Source: Salpingoeca rosetta
Taxonomy: Eukaryota > Protista > Choanoflagellata
Reading direction: 5' to 3'
Assembly: GCA_033442325.1 (NCBI GenBank)
Contig: JAWQFM010000003.1
Coordinates: 888,890-952,889, forward strand
Length of the DNA stretch: 64,000 bases
Under the pieces are notes generated by a model. That model saw nothing but the letters and a program-made list of their open reading frames with translations. It made no database searches and had not been told where the DNA came from. Positions 14,528 through 28,319 of this stretch are shown piece by piece. Made by a program: the position numbers and the translations under genes. Position 1 is the stretch's first letter; the number at the start of each line of letters is the position of its first letter.

Positions 14528-16839
14528 GCACGCACTCACACACACGCACGCACACATACACACGCACGCACACATAAACATACAGGTGGAAGGCATGCAG
14601 CATGTGCAGGAGCTGTTTGAGAACGACGTCCAGCGCGAGGTGCAGGACGCCCTCACAAACAACGGCCTCCCCAACATGGATGACCTGAAAGGAGGCGCAC
14701 AAGGCCTTCTGCGCCTCCAACGCGTCTATGCGCTGTGCGTACCCCTGAACCCCTGTGCTCTGTCGTGGCTTTCCTGCCATGCTTGAGCAGCTGTATCCAC
14801 ACACACACACACACACATACATACACACACACACACATACATACACACACACACACAGAGCCGCGATTCCGGTCTCATGTCACACACTTCCCGCCCAACC
14901 CCCTCCCTCTGGGGCACAGGAAACCGCAGGAGCTGTTGCCCAATGCCAGCGCTCCGGAGCTGCTTGCCATTGGCCAGGAGGCATACAATCAGAATGACAT
15001 GGCCAGCGCAGACCGGTGGCTGGAGTTTGCGCTGAGCAAGCTTGACGATGCGAGCGCAAACTACGTGACCGCGCTGGATTACCTTGCCTTTGTTGCGTTC
15101 AAGCTGCGTGACCTTCCCCGCGCCATTGAGTACTCTGAGCGGCTCTTGCAACGGGATCCCAACAACACGCGCGTGGCCCTCAACCTCGAGTACTACAACG
15201 TCACGCTCAACCGCAACCGCAGCCTGCCAGACCCGCACGCCAAAGACAAGGCCGACGCCCACGATGACGCAGACGTGCGCCACGACCGCGACAACATCCT
15301 TGGGCACAGCGAAGAGGATATGGAGCGTTTCAGGCGTCTGTGCCGTGGTGAGACCCTGTATCACCCGCAGAGGCCGCTAACTTGCGAGCTCAAGCACTAC
15401 AACCAGCCGCACCTGTTCCTCAAGCCCATCAAAGTCGAGCACTTGCACGAGGGCCGACAGCGCCTGCAGGTGAGCGCTGTGTGTGTGTGTGTGTCTGTGT
15501 CTGTGTGTGTCTGTGTTTGCGTCTGTGTGTCTGTGCGGTTGTTTGCTTGTCACTGCCAGGCAGCCACCTTGTCTTGCAGCACCATGCAGTTTCCTCCAGC
15601 AACAAGTTCTGTACCATCTGCAACCCGAGGATCACACACACACATACACACACATACACACATACACACACAAGTGTTTGACGTGAGCAACTCACCATCT
15701 CTTCACCCTGCCACCACGCGACTGCGCTGCGCGCTGCTGTCAGGTCTTCCGCCAGTTTGCATCGCCCGAGGAGTGCAGGCATCTTCAACACGCCGGCAAG
15801 CGGCGGCTGGAGCGCGCTGTTGCGTGGACCGATGGGCGGTTTCAGCCCGTGGAGTTTCGCATCAGCACAGCGGCGTGGCTGCAGCCAGACCACGATGCCA
15901 TTGTCAAGCGCATCCACGGCCGCATTGAAGACGCAACGCAGGTCGATATTGAATATGCAGAGGCGCTCCAGATCTCCAACTGTACGTCATAGCATGTGTG
16001 ATGCCGAATGTGGTGTACATGTGTGCAGATGCATTGTACTTTGTCTGCGTGTGTGTGTGTGTGTGCGTGTGTGCGTCGCGTGTGCGCGTGTATTGTGTGT
16101 TGTGTGTTGTGTTCTCTGTGTGTCGAGACACATCTGCCTTTGTTTGTGTTGGGTTGTGACTGAGTTGGCTCATGTCTTTGTGTGGTGTGGCGCAGATGGC
16201 ATGGGCGGGTTTTATGAGCCCCACTTTGACCATAGCAGCCGCGGCACCAACCCTGACGGGGAGCGGCTTGCCACCTTCATGATCTACCTCAACCCGGTCA
16301 AGCAGGGCGGCTTCACGGCGTTTCCTCGCCTCGGCGCAGCTGTGCAACCCGGATATGGCGACGCCGTGTTCTGGTACAACCTACAACCCTCGGGCGTTGG
16401 CGATCCCCTCACCCTGCACGGCGCGTGCCCTGTCCTCCGCGGCTCAAAATGGGGTGCGTATGCATGTGCGTGCGTGTGTGGGTGTGGGTGTGGGTGTGGG
16501 TGTTTGCTTGTTTGCTTGTTTGCTTGCTTGTTTGCTTGTTTGCTTGCTTGTTTGCTTGTTTGCTTATGTGCCCGTGTGCATGCGCCGCCTGCTTGTGTCC
16601 TTGCGAGTTTCTACCCCCCCCCTCCTCCATTGTTCCTCACTCACGGGATGGCTCTGATTGGTGGGTCATGCTTTTCCTTCGCTTGCTTCTGCTTTCTTTT
16701 CTTGACCGCAGTGGCCAACAAGTGGATCCATGAACGCGGCAACGTGTGCCGAAAGCCGTTGCCAGGAGAAACATTCACCGCGTATTCATCAGCAGAACAG
16801 CGGCAGCAGCACTGCACACCTCGTTTGCCGGTTACATGA
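14015..16839 (+). CDS. P4HA: Prolyl 4-hydroxylase alpha subunit (collagen-type architecture)
   Basis: Signal peptide and N-terminal LFTSSANI...DLKGGAQGLLRLQRVYAL region. TPR-like substrate domain (LDYLAFVAFK). Catalytic 2OG-Fe(II) domain with GMGGFYEPHFD, RLATFMIYLN, GDAVFWYNL and TLHGACPVLRGSKW-VANKWIHE. Confidence 0.93.
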
Positions 16840-17108
16840 CTGTCTTTTCTCTTTTCCTTCCACTCTTCCTCCTCTTCGTATCTCGATCATCACCAACCCC
16901 CCGATGGTCGTCTGACGACGTGGTGTATGCGTCTGTTCTTTGATGATGCTGTTACCGTGCGTCTCGTATTCGATTGTACATGCAACAAAGCAGAGCAAGC
17001 AGCATAACAAACACACACATGAAGGGACAGAGTACAGTCACACACACACACTCACTCACACTCACTCACTCACTCACTCACTCACACACTCACACACTCA
17101 CTCACTCA

Positions 17109-17152
<44 letters not shown>

Positions 17153-17318
17153 GTTTGCTGCAATTGCCTTCCCCATCTTTGAGCGCTGGGAGCAGTGTAA
17201 GATTTCAGCGAGTTTTCCCCACACACACACACACACACACACTCACTCACTCACACGCTGACCCTGCATCAAATCTTTCAATCATTTGCCCAAACCCAAA
17301 CAAACGCTGACAACAACA

Positions 17319-18556
17319 ATGACGACACTGGCAGCCTTGCTTCGACGACAGCTGCGCTGTGTGACTGCGATCACCAACAGCGCCAGCACTGCTCGTCGCG
17401 CTTTGTTCGTCTCACCAGCGACACCAGTACGTGCATGCGTGCGTGCGTGTGGGCGTGATCCTGGCACGCGTCTGCGTGTGCAATGCTGACTGATCATGCC
17501 GTGCACCTCCCAACTCTTCGTCCCAATTCCGTTGCTTTAAAGTTCGTTGTCGCTGTGTTCGATCACTGTCGCCATCATCACCGCCACCACCATCGTCTCA
17601 GTGCACACATACCATGCCTGCCCTGTACTCTGTCGCTACCAGATGAAGAAGGTGCCCACACACATCGAGGACAGGTTGGGTGTGGTGCTGTGTCCGTCTG
17701 TTCGCCTCCTCGTGACTCGTGCATTCTCCTTCCGTCTCAGTCGCTCGCTTCACCTCACCCCACTTTCTCCTCTCTCCCTCTCTCCCTCTCTCCATTGCTG
17801 GCATTGCACACGCTTTCAGCACGCTCCACTTTGACGACAGCCTCAACATCCACTTGACCACGCGCGATTCCATCAAAGGGCGACACATCGTTGAAGAACT
17901 TGGCATTGTCATTGGAACGTCCGCCAGGTCAGACGTCCGTGTGTGTGTGTGTGCGTGTGTGTGTGTGTGTGTGTGTGCGTGTGTGTGCGTGCGTGTGTGT
18001 GTGTGCGTGTGTGTGTGTGTCCCGTGTCCCGTGTCCCGTGTCCCGTGTCCCGTGTCCCGTGTCCTGTGTCTTCATGTGCTTTCATGTGTGTTTGCCTGTG
18101 CTCTTGTGCCTTGTCGTTCTCCCACTCTGCCACCCCACCACTCCGCCACTCCACCCCTCTGCCGCTCTGCCACTCCGACATGTATTTGCGGCACATACTG
18201 CACTCACTGCGACTCTCGTGCCCACGCGAAACAGGTCAAAGTCCATCTTCCACGACCTGTTGCAGCGGCTGCGTGGCATTGTTGGGGGATCGCTGACCAG
18301 CTACGGTGAGCTCTTCGCCAACACAACGGCAGAGGCAACCCACAAGGCCATGCTCGATGCTCAGCGTCTCGGCGCAACCGCCATCATCAGGGTACGCACT
18401 GGACACGCAGTTGCTTCTGTTTGTTTGGGGGTGTGGGTATATGATGTGTACGTGCTGTCACTGTTCGTGTGTACATGGAGGTGTGTATGTACGCCTGTGC
18501 GTGTGTATGTGTACGAACATATGTACATACATGGTAATATTTGTGCATGCAGCAGG

Positions 18557-18595
<39 letters not shown>

Positions 18596-19050
18596 CGTCC
18601 TTGAACCCCCCCTCCCTCTCATCGACCTCATTATCAGCTGCCGCTCTCGTCTGCCGCTCTCACTCGCCCTTACCAATCTCACCGCCCTTGCCAGACCCGC
18701 TATCAAAGCGCAGCCACGGATTCCAAGCTCACGGGCGTGAGCTGCTTCGTCATCTGTTACGGCACAGGTAAATTCTATGGGGACGGGGACAACCGGGGCG
18801 CAGAAACAAGCAACACATTGTTTGCCTGTCTGCCTGTCACACAACACATCATATCAAATCATGCCATGAGCACGCCAATGGCACGCACACGCACACGCAC
18901 AAATTCAAATACACACACGCACACACGCATGCACACACGCAATCTTCCACCAACCTCATGAACATCGCTGTGCGCATGCAACCCCCCTGTTTCTTGCTCA
19001 TTGCAGCTGTTCGGGATGAAGAAGATCCAAGCGTGAAGAAGAGCGAGTAG
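17319..19050 (+). CDS. YbjQ/UPF0145-family protein with an N-terminal extension
   Basis: Spliced LTTRDSIKGRHIVEELGIVIGTSAR-SKSIFHDLLQRLRGIVGGSLTSYGELF...AMLDAQRLGATAIIR...CYGT-AV matches the UPF0145 pattern. Confidence 0.82.
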
Positions 19051-19388
19051 CACAGCCAGGCCGCTCCAATGCGTGCATGCACCCGCACTGGTTTTTCTTC
19101 TTTTGTCTGTGGTTTTTTGGCCTGCCTGTGTTCGCCAGCTCATCATTCAAAGTTATCTTTTCTCTGCATGCCTCAACTGTTTGGTTGGTGGCCCCGTTTC
19201 ATCAATGCGACAGCCAAAGTAACAACAGCAACGTGTGCAGAACACACGCAAGGATAAAACGAAACGCAAGCAATCGATCAATCACACAACAACGACGGCT
19301 ACTGCGCCCTTAGGCTTTCTGTTCCCTCAAACCCACACAAAAATGATGGTCCAGCTCCCCCACAACACTCATGTAACGTGCAATACGC

Positions 19389-19453
<65 letters not shown>

Positions 19454-19537
19454 CGACAGAGCGACACCGATGGAGAAGTCGTGCATTACGGCAAGTGCAA
19501 TCGTGCCCGCTTCAACATCCCATCCTCATGTCCGATT

Positions 19538-20713
19538 TCAGGCGGTCGGGCTCGCCAACCACTTCTCCAGCACATGCTTCACCTGCAAGCCAGCACAAAT
19601 CAAACACGCAAACAGCGTGAGCCTTTGGATAAGAGATGCCGGTCCACGCAATGCAGCTTGGCTGCCGCACCTCACAGACACACATGCACACGACACACGC
19701 ACACGCGCGCTGCTCTGTTTTTCGGCACACCAACACAGCAAAAACACAGCGGAACACAATCTCCACGCTCACCCAAGCAACACAAATCGTGTACCTTGTC
19801 CAGGACGGGAAGTGTGGAAGTCTCCAGAACACTCAAGCAGCGCTCAATTCCCATCGCATCCATTTGGCGTCGAATCGACACCAGCTGCTTTTCAGACTGT
19901 GAACGAACAAATGTGATCGATAGGAATTGTGGGGGTCGGAGTGTAAGTGTGTGCGCATGCGTGAGCTGGCTTTGGGGGCGGGCGTCTCAATTAGATGCGT
20001 CGTCACAAGCAGGTCGCAGTTAGCGAGAGCAGAGAAGAGCAGAAGTGGCGAACAGATGAAACACAAACGGGGATAAAGAAGCTTGACATGCGCTGCCAAA
20101 ATACACACACACATACACACACAAACACACATACACACATACATACACGCACACACACACACACACACACCTCGGCGTGGCAGAAGGCGCAGATGATGGC
20201 CAGGTGCTCCTTGTTAGACTTCATGCACGTGTCCACAAGCATGGGCGCCTTCTGGCGCATCGACAGCGGTGACTTGAGCATCAATCGAATCGCCTTTTCG
20301 CAATCGTCGTTCACATCCTCCACCTGCTCAACAAAGTGCTGCAGCGTCGCCTGCCACGCCTTCTCCAGAGACGCCAGGTACCACAGATCCTCGGCGCTCG
20401 CCACAGAGACGAGCACACTCGCCAGAAGCTCGTAGTCGCCAATGGCCATCACTTGCTTCAGGACCCGTTCCCAGAGTCCAAGATCATACAGGTCAAAGTC
20501 CAGGCACAGGTGGACAATCAACTCAAGTGCCGTGGGGTCTGTTGTTTGAATCACAACACAGCAACACCAGCGTAAATGTTTTGGTTTCAGTGAATACGCG
20601 CGCGTGAGATATCAAAACACATGTCTGATGGCTGCACTCAAGCGAGAGCGCTTTGGCACGCATGCCCGACACCGACCGACCCTTCGTATGGTGAATCTGT
20701 ACACGCCCACAAT

Positions 20714-20748
<35 letters not shown>

Positions 20749-21229
20749 CGCACACAAACGCGCACACACGTACGCATGCACACGCACGTACGCATGCACA
20801 GGACATAACGCAACTGGAAGAGTACACACCTGACGGGTGGTTCCGCAAAATGCTCTTGGCCTGTGCAATTTTAAATGAACAAAGGCAAGGGATAACAGCG
20901 ATGCGTGTGAGTCACACTACAAGCGGGACAGCGGAGACATGTGCGACGACATGAATGTATTACCGGCACCCAATCACACACACGCACGCACGCACGGACG
21001 TGCTTGAGCTTACAATGCTCTGCTTGTTCGTTCTCTCAAACTGCAGTGGTGTTTGGAAAATGTCGAGATCCTCCAGACGAGAGGCGTAGATGAGCGACAA
21101 CAGGTGCTCCTGCAACTCCTGTGGCTCTTGCTCCATAATCCTGTTCACAATGCAAATGTCGCAGTTGTTGGTGAACACGAGGTTAGCCCAGGCTGCCGCG
21201 CAGAAGCATCCTCCATCACACACAACCCC

Positions 21230-21264
<35 letters not shown>

Positions 21265-24200
21265 GCACACAGCCCAAGCACACAGCCCCAACACACACAT
21301 ACACACGCGCAAACACACACACACGCACGCGCGCAAACACGATCACGCAAACGCAACTTGTACTCACGAGGCAACAAAAGACAGCGTTGTGATGGAGAAG
21401 AGAGCAATGCATGCACGCACACGCGCACTGAGCGTTATCTTGCTCGACCCCTCAACCATGGCAAAGTTGATGAGGAACAGAGCACTCTCCTTCACATCCA
21501 CCATGCGTAACAGCGCAATGGCACGATGCAACGACAACGTGCTGTCGTCTGCAGTCTCCACTGTTTCGTGCACAATGGTTTGGTGGCCAGCAAACGAGCG
21601 ACCAGCATTGGTACAGCTGTACCCCGACGTGCCTGTTCGCCCCAGGTCCCCGCCAACAGTGCCATCGCACATGCTGCTTTCGTCCCCATCATCATCACCC
21701 CACAAGCTCCCCAGGGTAAGTCCTCCACCACGGCGTGCGCCTGTACGGGCGCCACCACCACCACCAATTCCGGTGGCATTGCTGCCGCGGACCATGCTTC
21801 GCCCCTGCATGTGCGTACGGTTCCGTGCCGTTGCATTGACTGCGGCCGTCACGTTACCGCCGCCGCCGCCGCTGCCGCCACCACCGCGCTGGTTCTCTTT
21901 TCCTTCCGCGTCGCACGCCTTGAGATAATCCTCCACCAGGCGAAGGCGAATGGCCTCCGTGTCAACGTCGTGCAGATCTCCAATGTTGGTTGCCAGCGCA
22001 TACAGGTCGTGCCCGCGTGCTGCCAGCTCGGCAGCCTCCGCTCCGATCGTGTACTGCTCAAACAGGTGCACGATGAGCTCCTCGGGCTGCTGCACCAAGG
22101 ACAGTGTCTCGTCCGCATGGATACGCGCCTGCTGCAGCAGGTGGAGGGTTTGTGTTTCGCGCAGCAGAAGGCTGAAGCGCTCCCTCGCCTTGGCCACCTG
22201 CCTCGCCATACCGCGTCCAGTACTGCTCGCGCTGCCGTTTTTGTTCCCACGAAGGGACTCAAGCCACTTGCCTGCAACCTCAACAGCAAACTGCAGCACG
22301 GTGATCTTGTCTTGCCCCGTTGGCAGCACGTCTGCCACCTCCTTTGCACATGCCGTGGCAAACTCCATACTCTCCATCTTGCGGAGCAAACCCATCACCG
22401 TCGCAAACGTTACGGCGCCACCGCCCTCGCTGCCCGCACGTTCGCTGCACGCGGGCAGCGAATCAAACATGTCGCTGCCAACGCCGAGGCCAAACGACGA
22501 CGGCGACGAAAGTGGTGCAAAGAGCAAGCCATCCGCATTGGCAGGGCCTGTGATGTCATTGCTGCGCTCGCCGTCGCCATGCGCTGTGCCGCTGCTCGCC
22601 AAGCCGCGCGAGAGCGCCTCGCCAATCACGGCCGTGTAAATATCATCGGATGGAAGCTTCAGCAGCCGCGCCAGTGGCAACAGCTTATCCACGCTGTCCA
22701 ATGACAGCTCGGGCTTGAGAATGTCCAGGGCATCGCCGAGGAAGAGGTGGTGGAACGGCAGGCGCCGCTGGGCCAGGTCGTGGTGTGCCTGACCAACAAC
22801 TTGTGCGAGCTCCTCATGAATGTACTGCAGCTCTTCCTGAGGCACGGGCTGCTGCCGAGTGAAGCGACCGAGCACACCAAGCACCAGCTTGGCGCGGCCA
22901 ATGAGGGCCTGGTCCCACACGAGCGTCTGCCATGTCGGCTCATCTTCAGGCGACGGCGACGCGTCGTGTTCGCTGCCGTCTTTAGGCAACACTGCCTCCG
23001 TCTTGACGCCTGTGCCCTCATCGCCAGCTGCAGCCACCTCTTCGCCCTCGCCGTTGCCGTGCCGTTGCAAGCGGCGGCGCCGAGCCCTTGCCCCACCGCT
23101 CCCGGTGGCGCCAGAAGCCGCTTTGGCCACGTGCTGCAGCACCCGCTCCAGCACCTCCAGAACAAAGCCCACGCGCTCGTAATCGTACGGGTTGGTGAGG
23201 CGCAGGCACGTGTGCGAGAGCGTGTCTGCCAGGGACGCGGGGTCTTGCAGCAGCTGCACCATGTACAGCGCGTTGTCCTTCAAGTCAGTGCGCACGCGCA
23301 CGCGATCCTGCACATCCACGAACATGGCACTTGGGCTGGAAGTCATGCACAGCGCTTCAATGTATGCGCAGTACACGCGCTCGCGCGCCACGCCGTAGTC
23401 AGATGCGAGATCGAGGCACAGCGACAGGTCAAAGTCGCTGTGCTCCAGAATGGCACCGAAATCAAACGCCGGGTTCTCGCGTGAAAACTGTTCGCGCTGG
23501 ACGGGGATGTGCAGTCGAGACAGGCGATCCCACCACGACGCGTTCTGGTACAGCTCCTCGCACTCGGCAAACACATCGCTGCTCTTCCACAGGATGGCGC
23601 CGCCAGAGCCAAGCAGCGCCAGGCGAGCAAGCTTGTCGTAGTTCTGCTTGGACGCCTTGACAGCCCTGCGCACCGCGGAGAAGCCGTCCTCTAGCGGCAG
23701 CAGCGCCAAACAGCACGAGGCAAGGCCCAGGTCCGGCGTTGGGCGCGCAATGCATGCGCGAAGCAGCACGCCAACCGTCTCCGCGACCTTGCTGCACACC
23801 AGTGGAACCGCTCGCCCATACACCGCCTGGATTGTGCGCGCCTGCTGTGCGTACGGAGCACTGTCTTCGTCGCCATCTTCGCCACCATCACCATCCGCAC
23901 CACCCTCAACGGCAACGTGCCAGAAGTGAGCAAACTGTGCGCATGTGCCGACAGCGCGCAGTGCAATGTGCAGCGCAAGCTGGAGCTGGTTACTCTGGCA
24001 CAGCGTCTCATACAATTCAAAGGCTTGCGTAAGGGTGGCGTTGACGGAGCGCAGCCCAAGTGCAATCGCCGTCGCACGACCGTCACCATCGCCATCACCC
24101 GCGTCATCGTCGTCATGTGCAGGGGGCGACGGGCCGCCCACGCGCCCTGTGGTGCGGCGCTGCTCGTACGTCAGCATGCCGCTGCCAAACGATGCGCTGG

Positions 24201-27200
24201 ACCCCGTGAAGGTGGAGGCAGCAGAGACAGCGGGCGTGACCTTTGGCAGCAGGTTTTGCTGGAGGGCCAACACGCCAGGCAGCACCGTGTCCATTTCAAG
24301 CACAAGGCCATCCTGTCGCCACAGGTCTTTGTGCAAGCTGCGACGCAGCCCACGCATGTGCTCTGCAACATCTGCGGCCACGTCAAAGAGAGCTGTTGTG
24401 GTAATGGTTGCGGTACGGGCAGTACTTGCGTGTGAGCACATGGCCACGGCATCGCCTTCTTTGCCCTCCTCTTGGCGCTGCTGGTGACGCGTGGCTGCGG
24501 ACCGTGCAGCGTACACTTCCGACGCCTCCCACGCCTCTGCGTTCTTCTTCTTCTGCTTTTTCAGCTGTCGGCTGCTACTGCCTGCACCTGCGGCACGTGT
24601 GGGCTGGAGATGCGCAGGGGCAAAGCTGCTGTGATGCAGCGAGTACAGCTGGGCGCCTGCTGCTCCAGACAATGGCACACCCTCACCCTCTTCCTCCGGC
24701 GCGTGTTCGCATTGGAGCGCAACGTCGAGTGCGAGGCTGCAGCTCCGAGTCATCTCAAGCGCGTCGCAAAGCACAGCTGCCGAGCACATGGCTGTGCACT
24801 GGCTGCAGAGTGCCTTGACCCGGCGAAGCAGCTGCAGGAGTGACATGGAGGACGGGGACGCCGCGAGCGCGTCGTGCTCATCGCACGTCAGCTCGTCCGA
24901 CATGGTGAGCAGGCGCTCGCACACATCAAGGATGTTGTCGCAGTCGGCTTCTTCGGGGCGCTGTGCAACAATGTCCTCACACACGTCCAGGATCATACCC
25001 AGGTAGGCGGCAGCGCAGTGCATCGACAGCAGCCACGCCGTGACCAGCCGCACCATCTCAGACAGGCGAATGCCAAGCAGCGTGGAGATGCGCTGGATGT
25101 TCTGGCGCAGGCGCACGTGTTTGGCTGCGAGGGAAGCCATGCCAGCGGCGCGTGCGTGCCTGGCATCGTCGTAACCGCCCCCTGCTTCTGCATCTTCTGT
25201 TTGTGCTCCTGTCCGCCCGCGTGATGCAGATGCGGACGCGGAGGTGGCAGCGCCACTCCTTGCGCCCATCCTTGTATTCCTCGTGGAGGCGGCTGCCTTG
25301 TCATTCTCCTTTGCATGTCGCGTCGTTGAAGCACGACCACTGCGGCTGCCATCGCCGTCGTCCGCGCTGTCATCAAGCACGAGCTTGCGCAGGAACTTGG
25401 CAGCCATGCCCTGTCGCCCGCGGGCGGTGGCAAACTCAGCGGCACCGACGGCGACGCCATAGTCGCGCAGCGCCTGCCACATGGCATTGAGCACAGCGTG
25501 CGTGTACACGAGGTGGTCCATGCTCACATCTGTGCCGTACCCACTCTGGGACGCACCAAGCCGCCCCACTACCGCAGCACCCGCCGCTGGCGCCACTGCT
25601 CCACTCCCAGCATGTGCACACGGCCGCTCTGTGCCAGCGAACACGGCAGCAATGTCCGCTGCGGTGGTTGCAGTCCACACATTGTGCGCACGCACGAGCG
25701 TGTCCATGACCTCCGTGCCGAGGCGAACAGTGTTCCGCCACGTGTCTGGGTCGGCGCCGTAGCAGCCGGCGTCCCTGCACGCCTCCAGTGCCCAGGCGCT
25801 CAGCTCAACCCCGACAGCGAGGGAGAGGCCGCGCGGGAGGCCGCGGAAGAGATCACAGGCCTCCGCCACCTCGTTCCGGTAGCAGAGGTTGCGCGCCCGC
25901 ACCACATACACAAAGGAGCGCGGGATGTGCTTGTACGCAGCAACGACCTGCAGCGCGTCGTCTATGGCCGTGTCCTCCTCAAAGTTGGCCAGAATGACCT
26001 TCACCAGGTTGCGGGCGGCGCTGACGTTGGACAGGTTCTCGTTTGCCACGCCGTACGGCAGCAGCATCGTCTTGAGGGTGAGGATGCGGTGGTGCTCCTG
26101 GAACTCGCGCGTCTGTGCCGCCGGCCACGTGCGCGCTTCCTCAAACAGCGCCAGCAGCTCCGGGCTGCACGGCACCCACACTGCCCGCATCATGTGGGTG
26201 GTGGCGCGAACCTTTGCGGTCTCGTCCCCCATACAGGGGATGATGGCCAGCGCCTTGCCCGTCCACGAATTGCTGAGCACAGCGGTGCCGTGCGTGCGCT
26301 GCACACTGGCCAGGTGGGCGACGTACGCCTCCAGCACTGAGTCCACGGTGACGGTGTGGCGGCGGGCGTATGGGATGAGGTCGTTGTCCACCACCTCTCG
26401 CACGAGCTCACACGCGGACGTGCGGTCCAGCATCTTCACCATGATGTCCGTTGGCGAAGCGGCCGTGTGCTCTGCAAGCGAGATGGCAAAGCCCGCGTCC
26501 TGCTTGAGAAAGTTGATGTCCTCCAGCTGCGTACGCAGCGACGCGAGTGCCCGCGCCGCCTCCGCTGCAGGGTCCTGTGCGCTCTGCCTGCCGCTGTTCT
26601 GGCGATCGCCGCACAGCATCTGCACAAAGTGGCCCGGGTGGTGGGCGCCCTTGATGTTGCGCACGGCAAGGGACGTGGTCTTCTGGCTGCACCCGTACAT
26701 GACCAGCAGCTCGTCTGCAGCGGCAATCAGGTCCAGCGCGCATGCGGGCCACGCCTCCTTCTCCGTCACCTCCATCACCAGGCAGCGGCGGCGCACCCAG
26801 TCCACGACAAAGGCGTGGTCCTGCCGCATGACGCTGGGCACGAGGTCGTGCTCAAACCAGGTGAGGAAGCTCGAACAGGGCACCATCTCCGGCAGCGCGG
26901 TGAGAATGGCAACAATCTGGTCGTGGAACCCGCACTCGCGCATGTGGCGGTACCACAGGATGGACGCTGTGCCAATGCGGCCCGAGGAGACGGCCACCAG
27001 CAGCTCTTTATACAGGTCTGCTTCCATAAACCGCAGCCACTCCTGCGCGTTGAAGTACCCGTGCGCTGCGAGTTGGAAGGTCGTCAGTCGGTTCATTGCC
27101 GCCAGCACCTGCGCGTTGAGCGCACCAAAGTCCTCTTCCTCGTCGGACGAGTCAGCGCTGGAGTTCTGGGCCGTTGCCCGCTGCTTTCTTGCGGCGCCAC

Positions 27201-28283
27201 TGCCGCTCCCTGCTGCTCCTGCTGTTGTTGTCGATCCACGCACGCCGCTGCTTGCTTCCTCCAGGCGGTTGTGCGCGTACGTCAGCAGCGCGTGCACCTC
27301 CTGCGTGTTGGCGACGGGCGCGTGCAGAGCGCTTTGCACAACAAAGCCAATGTCCTGCACCTGGTCCAGCGCAGCCATGAGCTCAGCCACGTTGGCCGTC
27401 TTTCCTGATGCTGTTGATGCTGTTGTCCCATCGCCATTGCCGACGGCGTCCAACAGGCCGTTCACGCGCACCTCATGCACGATGTTGGGGTTGAGGTCGT
27501 CGTACTTGTGTGCCAGCTGCAAGGCGTCATCGTAGCGTCCGCGCTGCAGCAGGTGGTAGAAGCGGTCACGCGGCACTGTCGGCTCCAGCGCGCGGATGTG
27601 CACAGCCGGTGGCCCCTCGCTCTCCTCTGCATACGTCGCCTCCAACAGCAGCACCCTGTAAGCGTGTGTAGTTTATGTGTGTTTTTGATGTTTGCGAGTG
27701 AGGGCGGTGGAGGGGGCAGCGTTCAGAGGAGCACGTGTGTGTGCGGGTGTGTGTGTGTGTTTGTGAGGGAGAGAAGGGTTAGTCGCATTCATTTGCGTGT
27801 ATGCTTGAAACAACGAATTACGACCAAACGTGCGTGCATGTCTTGTCGTGGACAGCAGTATGTGGCAGCGGCATCACATCCAAGTAAACAGCAGGGCTTA
27901 CGTCTGTGCGTGTTGTTGGGGCACGACAAGCGACTGTTCCGAGACCGGGAGCGTGAACGTGTCCTCCATCGACGGGACATTAGCAAGATGCATCGTGTGT
28001 TGTTGTTGTTGTTGCTGCTGCTGTTGTGACGGTGCGTTTGCTCGGGTGGCAAGGAAGGCCACGCGGTATGGGTGGCCGGGATCACTGGTTGGCACCAGCC
28101 ACATGCGATGCGCATTTGCATCGCGTGTGTGCACGAGAATCATTGCTGCTCGAAGCCAGACACTGCCGCGGATAAGTAAGCGCAACATAAAGGATGTTGT
28201 GAGGAAAAAGGAGTTGAGACAGGGCACGAAGTGACAAGAGAAAGCACAACCAAATCCCAATCACACACACAACGCACACAAAC

Positions 28284-28319
<36 letters not shown>

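Noticed and set aside
25889-27535. 548-aa and 350-aa plus-strand ORFs
   Set aside because: Antisense to the KNTC1 giant exon; stop-codon depletion from codon bias explains them, and they carry no motifs.
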